Shown: piece after piece, positions 15,927 through 24,488 of the stretch
How positions within the stretch are numbered: position 1 is the stretch's first letter
Layout of the letters: each line of letters starts with the position of its first letter
Position numbers and translations under genes: made by a program
Notes under the pieces: generated by a model
Told to the model about the DNA's origin: nothing
What the model saw: only the letters and a program-made list of their open reading frames with translations
The model's database searches: none
From: Candidatus Woesearchaeota archaeon
Lineage (GTDB): Archaea > Nanobdellota > Nanobdellia > Woesearchaeales > JAHJEM01
Assembly: GCA_016929855.1 (NCBI GenBank)
Contig: JAFGHY010000005.1
Location: 1 to 32,846, forward strand
Reading direction: 5' to 3'
Length of the DNA stretch: 32,846 nucleotides

Positions 15927-17624
15927 ATGCGACCTTCAGAAAAAGAATTACAAACACTTGAGGAAATAATCAGACTTTCTGAATCACTCAAAGCAAGCCA
16001 AAGCTCTGCCGACAACTTCAACAGCTCTTCTGCCAATGACTGGCTTCAGAACATATATTCTGCTGTACAGAATCTTGCAGGTCATTACGCACCAATCCTT
16101 GCCTTGACCAGGCCGGAAATCCTTGATGCATTGCATGTAATCCAGGAATTTGTCGTCGATATATCAACATCAGTGCTGTTCTCTGATGAAAACAGAGGAT
16201 ACAATATCAATGGAAGATACAATGTAAACAGCAGGCCGGCAGGCCGGCAGATCAGAGAATTGTCAGAGAGTATCTACAGTACTATTAGTGAATTCACAAG
16301 TCCGAGTGCGCGCCAGAGTCTGCCTAATTTCGTGCTTGATCACATGCCTTGCAATCAAAGCAAATCCAAGAGCCCAGATTATTATAATACTCTGGAGAAA
16401 GGCACGCAGGTCTCGCATAAGTCAGACAGCAGATCCAGGTTGGACTCGTGCAAGCAGGAGTTTAACAGGCAGAGAGGACATTCAGATATTCTATTAAGTC
16501 TTCGTCCTACCGCAAGCCTTGATTTGAGGAATGAAATTTCTGTGCAGCTTCAGAAGATGCTGGGCACAAGAGTGTCTGCGTACTCTCACATCCCCTATCT
16601 CAGGATTCAAGCAGGGTTAGGGGATGAACAGTCAATTTTGAGGTTGTTTAACCAAAAAAGAATTGTTTCAGATTACTTTTCTGCTGATAAGAGGGAGGTT
16701 CTTGGTAATGCAGAGACTTCTCAATTGTATTTTAGTCCTAAACCAATTTTGTCCCGGCGTGCAAGGATGAGAAAGAGCATGATGCTGTGGAATCTAAAGA
16801 ATATTGGAGTGTATGATGCTCACGCTTTCACTAGGGGTGCTGGTTCAATTGTGCTTGTGCTGGATACAGGCGCAGACTATAACCACAATGAGATCAAGCA
16901 TGCATTTGGTGATGAAAAGGGCTATAATTTTATTGCAGGAAACTCCAATCCCTTGGATGGTGATGGGCATGGAACGCACGTTTCAGGGACCATTGCGGGT
17001 ATTGATACTGGTGTCGCGCCTGAAGCTGGATTGCTGGCAGGCAAGGTTCTGTCAGACGATGGTTGGGGCAGTGAAGCAGATATTCTTGAAGGTGTGGAGT
17101 ACGGTATTGACAAGGGTGTTGACGTCATCAGCTTGAGCTTGGATGGTGAGGGTTACAGCAGGGCTAGCGAACTGGTCTTCAGGGCCGCTTACGATCAGGG
17201 CATAGTCGTTTGTGCTGCGGCAGGCAATGACCATTACGGCTTGGGAGATGATCCTTACAACTATCCTGCTAGCTATGAGGGCGTGTTGAGTATTGCTGCT
17301 GTTGACATAAACAACGAGCACGCTGACTTCAGCCAGGTTAATGACAGGGTTGACATCAGTGCGCCTGGAGTCAATATTAGGAGTTGTCTGCCTGGAAACA
17401 GGTACGCGGATTACTCCGGGACTAGTATGGCAACGCCTCATGTAAGCGGCGTGATGGCTCTTGCGAGGTCTCTTGATTCTGGATTGGGTAATTGTGACTT
17501 GGAGCAGATGCTCTTGTACACGTGCAAGGACATCGGTGATTCGGCAAATATGTTCGGTCACGGTCTGATACAAGCAGACCAATTGGTTGACCTTGTCAAG
17601 GAAGCAATGGAGGAAGTTGTATGA
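15927..17624 (+). CDS. S8 subtilisin-like serine protease with long N-terminal extension, no signal peptide
   Basis: Catalytic motifs LDTG, HGTHVSGTIAG, AAAGND (oxyanion Asn) and GTSMATPHV all intact; N-terminus hydrophilic. Confidence 0.93.
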   Translation: MRPSEKELQTLEEIIRLSESLKASQSSADNFNSSSANDWLQNIYSAVQNLAGHYAPILALTRPEILDALHVIQEFVVDISTSVLFSDENRGYNINGRYNVNSRPAGRQIRELSESIYSTISEFTSPSARQSLPNFVLDHMPCNQSKSKSPDYYNTLEKGTQVSHKSDSRSRLDSCKQEFNRQRGHSDILLSLRPTASLDLRNEISVQLQKMLGTRVSAYSHIPYLRIQAGLGDEQSILRLFNQKRIVSDYFSADKREVLGNAETSQLYFSPKPILSRRARMRKSMMLWNLKNIGVYDAHAFTRGAGSIVLVLDTGADYNHNEIKHAFGDEKGYNFIAGNSNPLDGDGHGTHVSGTIAGIDTGVAPEAGLLAGKVLSDDGWGSEADILEGVEYGIDKGVDVISLSLDGEGYSRASELVFRAAYDQGIVVCAAAGNDHYGLGDDPYNYPASYEGVLSIAAVDINNEHADFSQVNDRVDISAPGVNIRSCLPGNRYADYSGTSMATPHVSGVMALARSLDSGLGNCDLEQMLLYTCKDIGDSANMFGHGLIQADQLVDLVKEAMEEVV

Positions 17625-17965
17625 ACAAAAAAAATGTGGACGAACAAAATATGGAAGCAGGCAAAGGTAGTAGTACAAGCAGTGATGAAAGCGCAGGGAA
17701 TCTAGAAACATACATTATAGAATATCAAGGGGATATACTGGAACAGATTAAAGTGCATCTTCAGAATGCTGGATTGGTTGAAGTGCACAAGCGAGAAAAA
17801 GCAGTACACCCGCACTATGTATGCTTTGACTATGCTAACCTTGTTGTTGCGAGAATTCAAGGTGTTGAGCAGTCTTCAATGCTTGAGAAACTGGCTAAGG
17901 AATACAGATCTTCCGAGCATGAACGGGTCAGGGTTTATATTCCCAAAGAATTTAGGAAAATGTGA
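17621..17965 (+). CDS. Small protein resembling a subtilisin propeptide / I9 inhibitor fold
   Basis: ATGA overlap with the protease and GGAGG SD at 17609-17613; YIIEY...FDYANLVVARI...LEKLAKE...VRVYIP pattern recalls I9 (by eye). Confidence 0.55.
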   Translation: MNKKNVDEQNMEAGKGSSTSSDESAGNLETYIIEYQGDILEQIKVHLQNAGLVEVHKREKAVHPHYVCFDYANLVVARIQGVEQSSMLEKLAKEYRSSEHERVRVYIPKEFRKM

Positions 17966-17997
17966 ATTAAAAAGATAAGAAAATTCAAAAAAAGATA

Positions 17998-18159
17998 TTA
18001 TGAAGATTTTGGAACGCAGCAGACGCATTCGCATCTTACATCAAAGATATAACCAAGATTTTCTTCATTCTGCTTGCAAGCATCCTCGCCGAGTGTATTG
18101 GCAATCCTTCCTCCAAGTTCTGCACATCCATTTGCAGTAGGACCTTGCAGAGTATCTCC
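17998..18159 (-). pseudogene. In-frame Cys-rich C-terminal domain stranded behind a premature TAA
   Basis: Same frame continues after the TAA at 18160-18162: GDTLQGPTANGCAELGGRIANTLGEDACKQNEENLGYIFDVRCECVCCVPKSS*, with no Met in this frame. Confidence 0.7.
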
Positions 18160-18948
18160 TTAGTCTATGATATTTTCAGAGTCGATATTTTCAGTGTCTA
18201 TGATGTTCGTGCTTGTTACTTTCCATCCGTCTATCATAACTTCATATCTTTTTGTCTCATCAACAGACCACTTCTCCAGACTGACTTGCCAGCATCCTGG
18301 GCAGAATGCAGCAATAACTTCCACAACTGTCATGCCATACTCTGCACCAACAGAATTTACAGCCATTTCTGCTGCCTGAAGCTCCTCTGTGTTCAGCTCC
18401 CATGCTCTCACGCAAGCTTGTGCATCTTCATTCCATGTGTAGCCTGCAGGTCCAAGGCATCCGTGCTCGTCGCGCTGGCCTCCTATCAACCCGTTGTCAA
18501 GCGCATTATCATCCTGCTCAACAGTCTCATTGACTGCCTCTACAAAGGATCTGCCGTCTGGAGTGGTACATTGTCTTGGATAGGATTCCATGACAGGATA
18601 TCCTGCTTCCTCACATTCGACGAAGCTGTCAACGTTTTCTGAAGCCCAGACTTTCTTGTTTGTGCATTTGTTGTCAAGACACATGCAGTCTTCTGCACTG
18701 TAGGCTGCCAGCGCCTCGTACTGCAATGTGCAAGCCAGGGCAGGATTAGGTTGTTTGATTGATTCCTTATTGACGCAATTCTGTGGATGGCAAACAGGTT
18801 CAGGAACGCAGTCAGAGTCTTTTTCGCAGTATGAAGCGTCAGCATTTATTTCAGTTACCTTGCATCCTGTCAGCAAAACTGATGCAAAAACAGAAGCTAT
18901 CACAAGCATTAAAGTCCATTTTTTTGTTGTTGTTTTCATCGTTACCAT
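18160..18948 (-). CDS. Putative lipoprotein with several small Cys-rich (disulfide) domains
   Basis: Lipobox-like LLTGC; modules CEKDSDCVP..CHP..CVN, SFVECEEAGYPVMESYPRQC, IGGQRDEHGCLGPAGYTW. Confidence 0.8.
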   Translation of the reverse strand: MVTMKTTTKKWTLMLVIASVFASVLLTGCKVTEINADASYCEKDSDCVPEPVCHPQNCVNKESIKQPNPALACTLQYEALAAYSAEDCMCLDNKCTNKKVWASENVDSFVECEEAGYPVMESYPRQCTTPDGRSFVEAVNETVEQDDNALDNGLIGGQRDEHGCLGPAGYTWNEDAQACVRAWELNTEELQAAEMAVNSVGAEYGMTVVEVIAAFCPGCWQVSLEKWSVDETKRYEVMIDGWKVTSTNIIDTENIDSENIID

Positions 18949-19090
18949 CTCTTTTTCAGTCTATTTGACTTTGTATGACCAGTATAGGTTGATGTTGTAT
19001 TTAAATCTTGTTTACACTTTAGAAATGGTTGAAGTTATCTTAACCTTACTAATAAAAAAATCTTTGGTGAAATTATTTCATGAAATAAGC

Positions 19091-19720
19091 TCATTTATAA
19101 ACATCGTTGACTTTCATGTACCAGACATACATGTCCAACTCTGCAGGGGTTATGTCAAGTTTTCTTGCGACAGTATTGAATTTTTCTTCTATTTCAAGGT
19201 AGATTTTTCTTGACAGTGCTTTTGGTTTTTCCCGCAGCAGGCCATAGTCTACCATCATGCTGAGAACGTGTCTGTCAAGGATTGCAAGATTCTTTGCTCC
19301 AGTGTTTCGCAGGAAATGAGATGCTTCCTTGTAACCAAGGCCTTTGATGCTCATGACAATCCATTCCCTGGCTTCATGCTCTCCCAGCTCATTCACCTTG
19401 CCCTTTAGGACAGGTATATGCGGTCTGGCTTCGACAATGAACCTTGTTTTGTTGTTGTGAAAGCGGTGCTTGTGCTTAATTATTACTTTTGTTATTTCAT
19501 CAGGTGCTTTGTTTGCAAAACCCTCTGCACCTAATTCATCTTGTATCTTTATTGCTGTTTCCTGCTTTGAGTTGGCCGTCAGAATGCAGAAGCAAAGCTC
19601 TGAGAACCATTGTTTTTCGTCTAGATTTTTGTACTGGTGGAATCTTGCAAGCCCTTCTGTAACTTTCTCTTTTACAGGGCTGTTCTTCAGTTTTTCAACT
19701 TCTTCTATTAGTCGTTTCAT
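19091..19720 (-). CDS. ogg: 8-oxoguanine DNA glycosylase/AP lyase (archaeal Ogg2 type)
   Basis: ELCFCILTAN, HRF, HhH IKGLGYKEASHFLRN, AILDRHVL, C-terminal Lys. Confidence 0.93.
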   Translation of the reverse strand: MKRLIEEVEKLKNSPVKEKVTEGLARFHQYKNLDEKQWFSELCFCILTANSKQETAIKIQDELGAEGFANKAPDEITKVIIKHKHRFHNNKTRFIVEARPHIPVLKGKVNELGEHEAREWIVMSIKGLGYKEASHFLRNTGAKNLAILDRHVLSMMVDYGLLREKPKALSRKIYLEIEEKFNTVARKLDITPAELDMYVWYMKVNDVYK

Positions 19721-19727
19721 TTTCCAA

Positions 19728-20450
19728 TCATTCTTTTTTCATGTAAAATTGTCTTTTCTTTTCTGAAAAATGCTCAATTGCATACCTGAGCATTGTCCTT
19801 GGCATTTGCTGGTAATTCTTCTTCAGGAATTCTTCCTCAACCTTAATGTCACGCTTGCCAATCTCTCTCAGCATCCACCCTACTGCCTTGTGTATCAGGT
19901 CGTGGTCATCATTAAGCAGGATTTCTGCTATCTTGAGGGCGTGTTCAAAATCATTGTTCCTTATGAATTCAAAACAGCTGATTATTGAGATCCTTCTTTC
20001 CCACATGCTTTTGCTCTTAGCGAGCCTGTATAATGTCAGGTGCTCTAAAGGATCATGATTACGGATGAACTTTCCAACTATCCTGTGGGCTGTGCAGTCA
20101 ACAAGGTCCCAGTTGTTTATGCTTCTGGTATTCTTCAGGTAGAATTCATATATCCTTTTACGTTCATCAAATTGGGTCTTGTCGTATTTATTAATAAGTA
20201 TGAATAGTCCGGTCATGCGACTTTCGTGTTCTTTTGCAGCCAGGAGTTTTTGGATTTCGGGAAGTGTCAATGCAGTGTATTTCTTGGCTATCTGCCTTTG
20301 TTGGCCCATTGTCAGTCCCAGGAATTTGTCTCCCTCTCCGTAGTCTCCTTTTCCTGTCTTGAAGTATCTGGAACATGATTCTGCTCGGATATTGTCTTTT
20401 AATCTGTGAAGGTCTTTTGTTACATTTACTGCAAATGGTTGTTCAGTCAT
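19728..20450 (-). CDS. alkD: DNA alkylation repair protein (AlkD-like HEAT-repeat glycosylase)
   Basis: YFKTGKGDYGEGDKFLG, NNWDLVD, WERR, LIHKAVGWMLREIGK, MPRTMLRYAIE. Confidence 0.88.
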   Translation of the reverse strand: MTEQPFAVNVTKDLHRLKDNIRAESCSRYFKTGKGDYGEGDKFLGLTMGQQRQIAKKYTALTLPEIQKLLAAKEHESRMTGLFILINKYDKTQFDERKRIYEFYLKNTRSINNWDLVDCTAHRIVGKFIRNHDPLEHLTLYRLAKSKSMWERRISIISCFEFIRNNDFEHALKIAEILLNDDHDLIHKAVGWMLREIGKRDIKVEEEFLKKNYQQMPRTMLRYAIEHFSEKKRQFYMKKE

Positions 20451-20540
20451 AGTAATGAGAACAAATAAAAATAATAAAAAACTTGTGTAAGCATAGCTAG
20501 TGCTTGAGATTATAGCATGTTACAGGAGTGTATTGTGCTA

Positions 20541-21103
20541 TTATATCTTACCTACCATGTCCATTCCTGGCTTAAGGGTCGTCCCCCCTTTCTTCCAGCT
20601 GGCAGGGCATACTTCTCCTTTATGGTCTCGGACGAACTGGGCTGCTTCTATCTTCCTTAGAAGCTCATCTGCACTCCTGCCTATGCTGTTGTCGTGCACT
20701 TCGTAGGCTTTCAGGATGCCTTCAGGGTCTATTATGAACGTCCCTCGCAGGCTCAATCCTGCGTCGTATATGTACGTCTGGTAGTCCTTTGAAATCTGTC
20801 CTGTCGGGTCTGCCAGCATCGGAAACTTGATTTTCTTGATTGTTGGAGAGTTGTCCCACCATGCCTTGTGCACGAATTCTGTGTCTGTGCTTACACTCAT
20901 GATCTCAACCCCTAGTTTCTGGAATTCCTGGTACTTGTCCGCCAACTCTCCGAGCTCTGTGGGCACACGAATGTGAAGTCTGCAGGGTAGAAGAAGAGCA
21001 CTACCCACTTTCCTTTGTAGTCTTCAAGACTGATTGTCTTGAATTCATTGTTGTGGAACGCTTTTGTTACAAACTGCGGTGCTTTTTCGTTTATGCATAT
21101 CAT
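20541..21103 (-). pseudogene. ahpC: 2-Cys peroxiredoxin (AhpC) split by a 1-nt deletion at ~20961
   Basis: [12 protein letters not shown] in one frame; TELGEL...RGTFIIDP...GR...EVCPASW in the other; GGAGGT SD before ATG 21103. Confidence 0.9.
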
Positions 21104-21263
21104 TGTTTTACCTCCTGCTGCTTGTTTGTCAGATTATGATTTTCAGTCAATGCCACCTAGCGAACCTTAGAATAAACTTTGAGATTACATATCGCACAGT
21201 TGTGTTACTCATCGAGATTCTCAGCAATGTGAGCGTGGCATTGAAAGATATGTTTTTTTGTGC

Positions 21264-21878
21264 TTATTTCTTTGCCACTAAAAAGTTCTTGTTGACCTGT
21301 TCCCAATTGATAACCTGAAAGAATGCTTCAATATAGTCTGGCCTTTTGTTCTGGTACTTGAGATAGTATGCGTGCTCCCAGACATCAAGCATCAATATAG
21401 GTGTCTGGCCTTCAGTGTAAGGACTGTCTTGGTTTGCTGTGCTCGTTATTGCCAGCTCCCTGTTCTTGTCGACAACAAGCCAGGCCCATCCGCTTCCGAA
21501 CCTGGTTGCTGCTGCACTGGTGAATTCACTCTTAAAGCTCTCGAAGTCTTTCCACTTCGCCTTTATTGCTTCTGCAACAGGTCCTTGAAAAGGCACGTCT
21601 TTCTTCAGGACTTTCCAGAACATCGTGTGGTTTAGGTGGCCGCCGCCGTTATTTCGGACTGCTGTCCTGATGTTTTCAGGCACTGAATTGATGTTTGTTA
21701 TGATTTCTTCGACGGTCTTTGCCTGAAGTTCCGGCTGGTCTTTCAGTGCAGCGTTTAACTTGTTAAAGTATGCCTGATGGTGCTTGCTGTAGTGGATTTC
21801 CATTGTTCGCGCGTCTATGTGTGGTTCAAGTGCAGCATAGTCATATCCTAATGGTTCCAATTCGTTTATTTTTGTCAT
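21264..21878 (-). CDS. sodA: Fe/Mn superoxide dismutase, Mn-type signature
   Basis: [38 protein letters not shown]; GAGGTGA SD. Confidence 0.95.
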   Translation of the reverse strand: MTKINELEPLGYDYAALEPHIDARTMEIHYSKHHQAYFNKLNAALKDQPELQAKTVEEIITNINSVPENIRTAVRNNGGGHLNHTMFWKVLKKDVPFQGPVAEAIKAKWKDFESFKSEFTSAAATRFGSGWAWLVVDKNRELAITSTANQDSPYTEGQTPILMLDVWEHAYYLKYQNKRPDYIEAFFQVINWEQVNKNFLVAKK

Positions 21879-21918
21879 AATATCACCTCGCGTTAAATTG
21901 TGTTTGTCTGGTAACTGG

Positions 21919-21948
21919 TTTTGTTCTGCTCATTTTTGTTCTGCTCAT
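21919..21948. repeat. 15-bp perfect tandem duplication between the Fur-family gene and sod
   Basis: ttttgttctgctcat x2. Confidence 0.85.
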
Positions 21949-21962
21949 GTCTGAATTAGGCA

Positions 21963-22340
21963 CTATCTGCATTTCTTGCAGGTTCCGTAGAACATTATGT
22001 TCACATACTCAACATTGTCTCCTTCTGGTTTAACATTGTTTAGTGCATGCTCAGTAAGTTTGTCCTGAAATAAGTCTTTTATCTCTCCGCATTTCTTACA
22101 TATGAAATGCTGGTGATTCTTGACAGTAGCCTCGAACCTGTAGCCATTACTGGCCCTGAATCTTGTGATCTGCCCGTTTTCTGCGAGATGGTTGAGGTTC
22201 CTGTACACTGTTGCAAGGGTTATTGTTGGGATTTCCTTGCTCACTTCCTTGTATACTTGCTCTGCGCTTGCATGATTTTTGGCCTCCTTCAGATATTCTA
22301 GGATTTTCATTCTTTGGACTGTGTTTCTTGTTTTCTTCAT
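21963..22340 (-). CDS. perR: Fur-family transcriptional regulator, PerR-like
   Basis: TVQR..IL, H.SAEQVY, LATVYRNL, HQHFICKKCG, C-terminal GTCKKC; heads a sod-ahpC cluster. Start set at ATG 22340. Confidence 0.8.
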   Translation of the reverse strand: MKKTRNTVQRMKILEYLKEAKNHASAEQVYKEVSKEIPTITLATVYRNLNHLAENGQITRFRASNGYRFEATVKNHQHFICKKCGEIKDLFQDKLTEHALNNVKPEGDNVEYVNIMFYGTCKKCR

Positions 22341-22411
22341 TTTTACACCTTCTTTCAAGGTTTTTTACCCTGATTCCTTAAGCTTTCAGTTAGCATTTAT
22401 TTATCATTTAG

Positions 22412-22426
22412 TAATAATTATTATTA
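22412..22426. promoter_or_regulatory. Fur/Per-box-like 7-1-7 operator
   Basis: TAATAAT-T-ATTATTA perfect inverted repeat just downstream of the minus-strand BRE/TATA CGAAAGGTTTATATA (22442-22456). Confidence 0.65.
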
Positions 22427-22501
22427 GAGATATATTATTAATATATAAACCTTTCGGTGTCCTGCCGATAGGAATATAAATGCTCAGTACACCCTAATAT
22501 C

Positions 22502-23095
22502 ATGCATGTCTATCTCCAGAGCACAGAATACACGACTGCCGCCTCAAGCTTGATGATGGTGCTGAACCATTTCAATCCAAAGTTCTTGCTGTCTAGAGAG
22601 AATGAATTCAGGATATGGCAGGAGTCTGCCAACCTTCCAGTGAGGGCCAGCAGCATATACGGTCTTGCAGTATTCGCGAAGCGGAAAGGACTTAATCCAA
22701 GGATTGTGTTGGAAGAGAAGGAGTTCGACTTCCCAGATTACAGGTTCAAGAAATATCCGAAGCAGGACATTGACCATGCGAAGTTCATGTCAAAATTGCA
22801 CCACAAACGAGCTGTTGACTTGGGAATCCTGATAATAAAGAGGGAGTTCGACTTTGAATTCGTGAAAAGAACTGCCCGACAGAATCCAATAATGCTAAGG
22901 GTAAATGCAGGAGTGCTTCGCGACAGCAAGGCAACCTCTAATTATATCATAGTGTTCAAGAACGGCAAGGAAGGCCTTACAATAATGGACCCCATCAAAG
23001 GCCGAAGCATCGTGGACATGAAACTTCTTGAGAAGGCCTTTGAGACACTGTGGAAGAAGAAAAAAAGAGACCACAGGATGATAGTGTTTGAGTAG
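22502..23095 (+). CDS. Peptidase C39-like (DUF3335-like) protein, catalytic residues apparently lost
   Basis: YLQSTEYTTAASSLMMVL matches the Q-x5-C motif with Thr in place of Cys; E..IW.E motif and MDP present; SNYII where His is expected. Confidence 0.7.
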   Translation: MHVYLQSTEYTTAASSLMMVLNHFNPKFLLSRENEFRIWQESANLPVRASSIYGLAVFAKRKGLNPRIVLEEKEFDFPDYRFKKYPKQDIDHAKFMSKLHHKRAVDLGILIIKREFDFEFVKRTARQNPIMLRVNAGVLRDSKATSNYIIVFKNGKEGLTIMDPIKGRSIVDMKLLEKAFETLWKKKKRDHRMIVFE

Positions 23096-23121
23096 TTACT
23101 CTTTTTTGCACAATAAAAAAA

Positions 23122-23259
23122 TTTTTACTACTTGTAATCGGAATGTATTGCCTTTTCTCTTCGAGAAAAGGAGATTCAATCTACGCAGCCCAAAAATCTG
23201 CTTGCAGTTTTTGGGCTGCCTATTATTTTTGTATAAATTTAAATTAGAAGTAGTAAAAA
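23122..23259. repeat. Dispersed two-hairpin element, copy 2, bounded by 12-bp perfect inverted repeats
   Basis: tttttactactt (23122-23133) / aagtagtaaaaa (23248-23259) enclose the same two hairpins as copy 1. Confidence 0.9.
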
Positions 23260-23279
23260 AATTGGATTAACAAATAATA

Positions 23280-24488
23280 TCAATTCATGCTTTTGCTCAA
23301 TTCATACTCTTCCAACACTAGCGCATCAATCCTGTCCAAATCCTTGACACCATAGAACCTGCCATTACCTATATCGACTATCTGCCTACCGAGCTTCTCA
23401 CCTTCCTCGTCCAAACTAATCCCCAACATACTGACTGTTATGCCTTCTTCGCGAGCCCTACCGACTGCCTGCAGGGTTGCTTTTTTAGGCTTCTGTCCTT
23501 TTGTAGGCATGGCATCAGTGATTATGACGAGATGTTTTGTCTCTCTTGTGCCGGGGAACACTTCAATTGCCTTGTCTATAGCTTTGCTTATGTCCGTCTC
23601 CTGACCCGCACGAATCTTGGCGAGCTCCTCAAGAATGAGCGGGAAGTCTTTGGTAGGCGGGATGACGCTCTTTACTTCGCTGTCGAACACTATCAGTCCT
23701 GATTTGTTCTTGTCGGTTATTGCTTTGAATGCGAGGGCAATTCCTGCACGTTTTGACATGCTGATCTTCTGGCCTTTCATGCTGCCGCTGCTGTCCATCG
23801 CAAATATGACGCTTATGCTTCCCTTGCTTTCCCTCGTGACAGCTATTAAATCATCTTTCTCCACACTCTTGTGGTTGCGCTTGATGCCTCGCCGAATGCT
23901 TTGCCTCACGCTCACGTCCCTGTATCTGTGGTTCTTGAAAAGCTCGTAGTCTTTCTTGTCGCCATAATGTGTCTGTTTGTGCTCCTTGCGCTCCCCGAAA
24001 CCCTTTGGGACTATCTTCTCTATCTCTTCTACGTACATGATCAGCTCGCAGAGTTTGTAGCCTTTGCGCGTTATACGCCCGTACTTGTCTAGGTACTTGT
24101 TCTCCTGCAGGGATTTTATGCGCTGGCCAATCCTGTCCTTCAATTCTCTTTGAAATTCTGGGATGTTTATGTTCCTTTCAACATAGCCTGGCTCGTATCC
24201 TGTCAGCTCTCTGATGATGCTCTGACCCATTATGCGCTCTGCATTCTTGTAGTCCTGGACGAGCTGTTCGAACATCAGGTCTGGCGTGAAACTGCCTAGG
24301 CCTTGACTGATGCTTTCAGTTATCAGCTTGCCGTCGTCGACTTTGTCCTTGTCGCCTTCCAGCACGCTCTTCATGAGCTTGTCATCCTCGTCGCTCTGCC
24401 CCAGGCTTCCAGAAAGCTCTTCTATGGGACTTGCTCTTTCAATGCTTATGGGCTTGTCCTCAGAAGGGCTGTCACCCGGCACCGGCAC
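23280..24488 (-). CDS. vWA-domain protein (ChlD/MoxR-partner type)
   Basis: MIDAS DSSGSM, TDI, ITDA; overlaps the upstream AAA gene by 17 nt. Confidence 0.9.
   Translation of the reverse strand: MPVPGDSPSEDKPISIERASPIEELSGSLGQSDEDDKLMKSVLEGDKDKVDDGKLITESISQGLGSFTPDLMFEQLVQDYKNAERIMGQSIIRELTGYEPGYVERNINIPEFQRELKDRIGQRIKSLQENKYLDKYGRITRKGYKLCELIMYVEEIEKIVPKGFGERKEHKQTHYGDKKDYELFKNHRYRDVSVRQSIRRGIKRNHKSVEKDDLIAVTRESKGSISVIFAMDSSGSMKGQKISMSKRAGIALAFKAITDKNKSGLIVFDSEVKSVIPPTKDFPLILEELAKIRAGQETDISKAIDKAIEVFPGTRETKHLVIITDAMPTKGQKPKKATLQAVGRAREEGITVSMLGISLDEEGEKLGRQIVDIGNGRFYGVKDLDRIDALVLEEYELSKSMN

Noticed and set aside
17052-17711. 219-aa antisense ORF over the protease (and similar long antisense ORFs elsewhere)
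   Set aside because: Fully overlap well-supported genes and carry no recognisable motifs.
18160-18162. Genetic-code reassignment or Sec/Pyl recoding
   Set aside because: The codon is TAA, and TAA, TAG and TGA all terminate conserved genes at expected positions in this window.
23088-23270. 60-aa ORF after the C39-like gene
   Set aside because: Coincides with the palindromic repeat element and AT-rich flanks.
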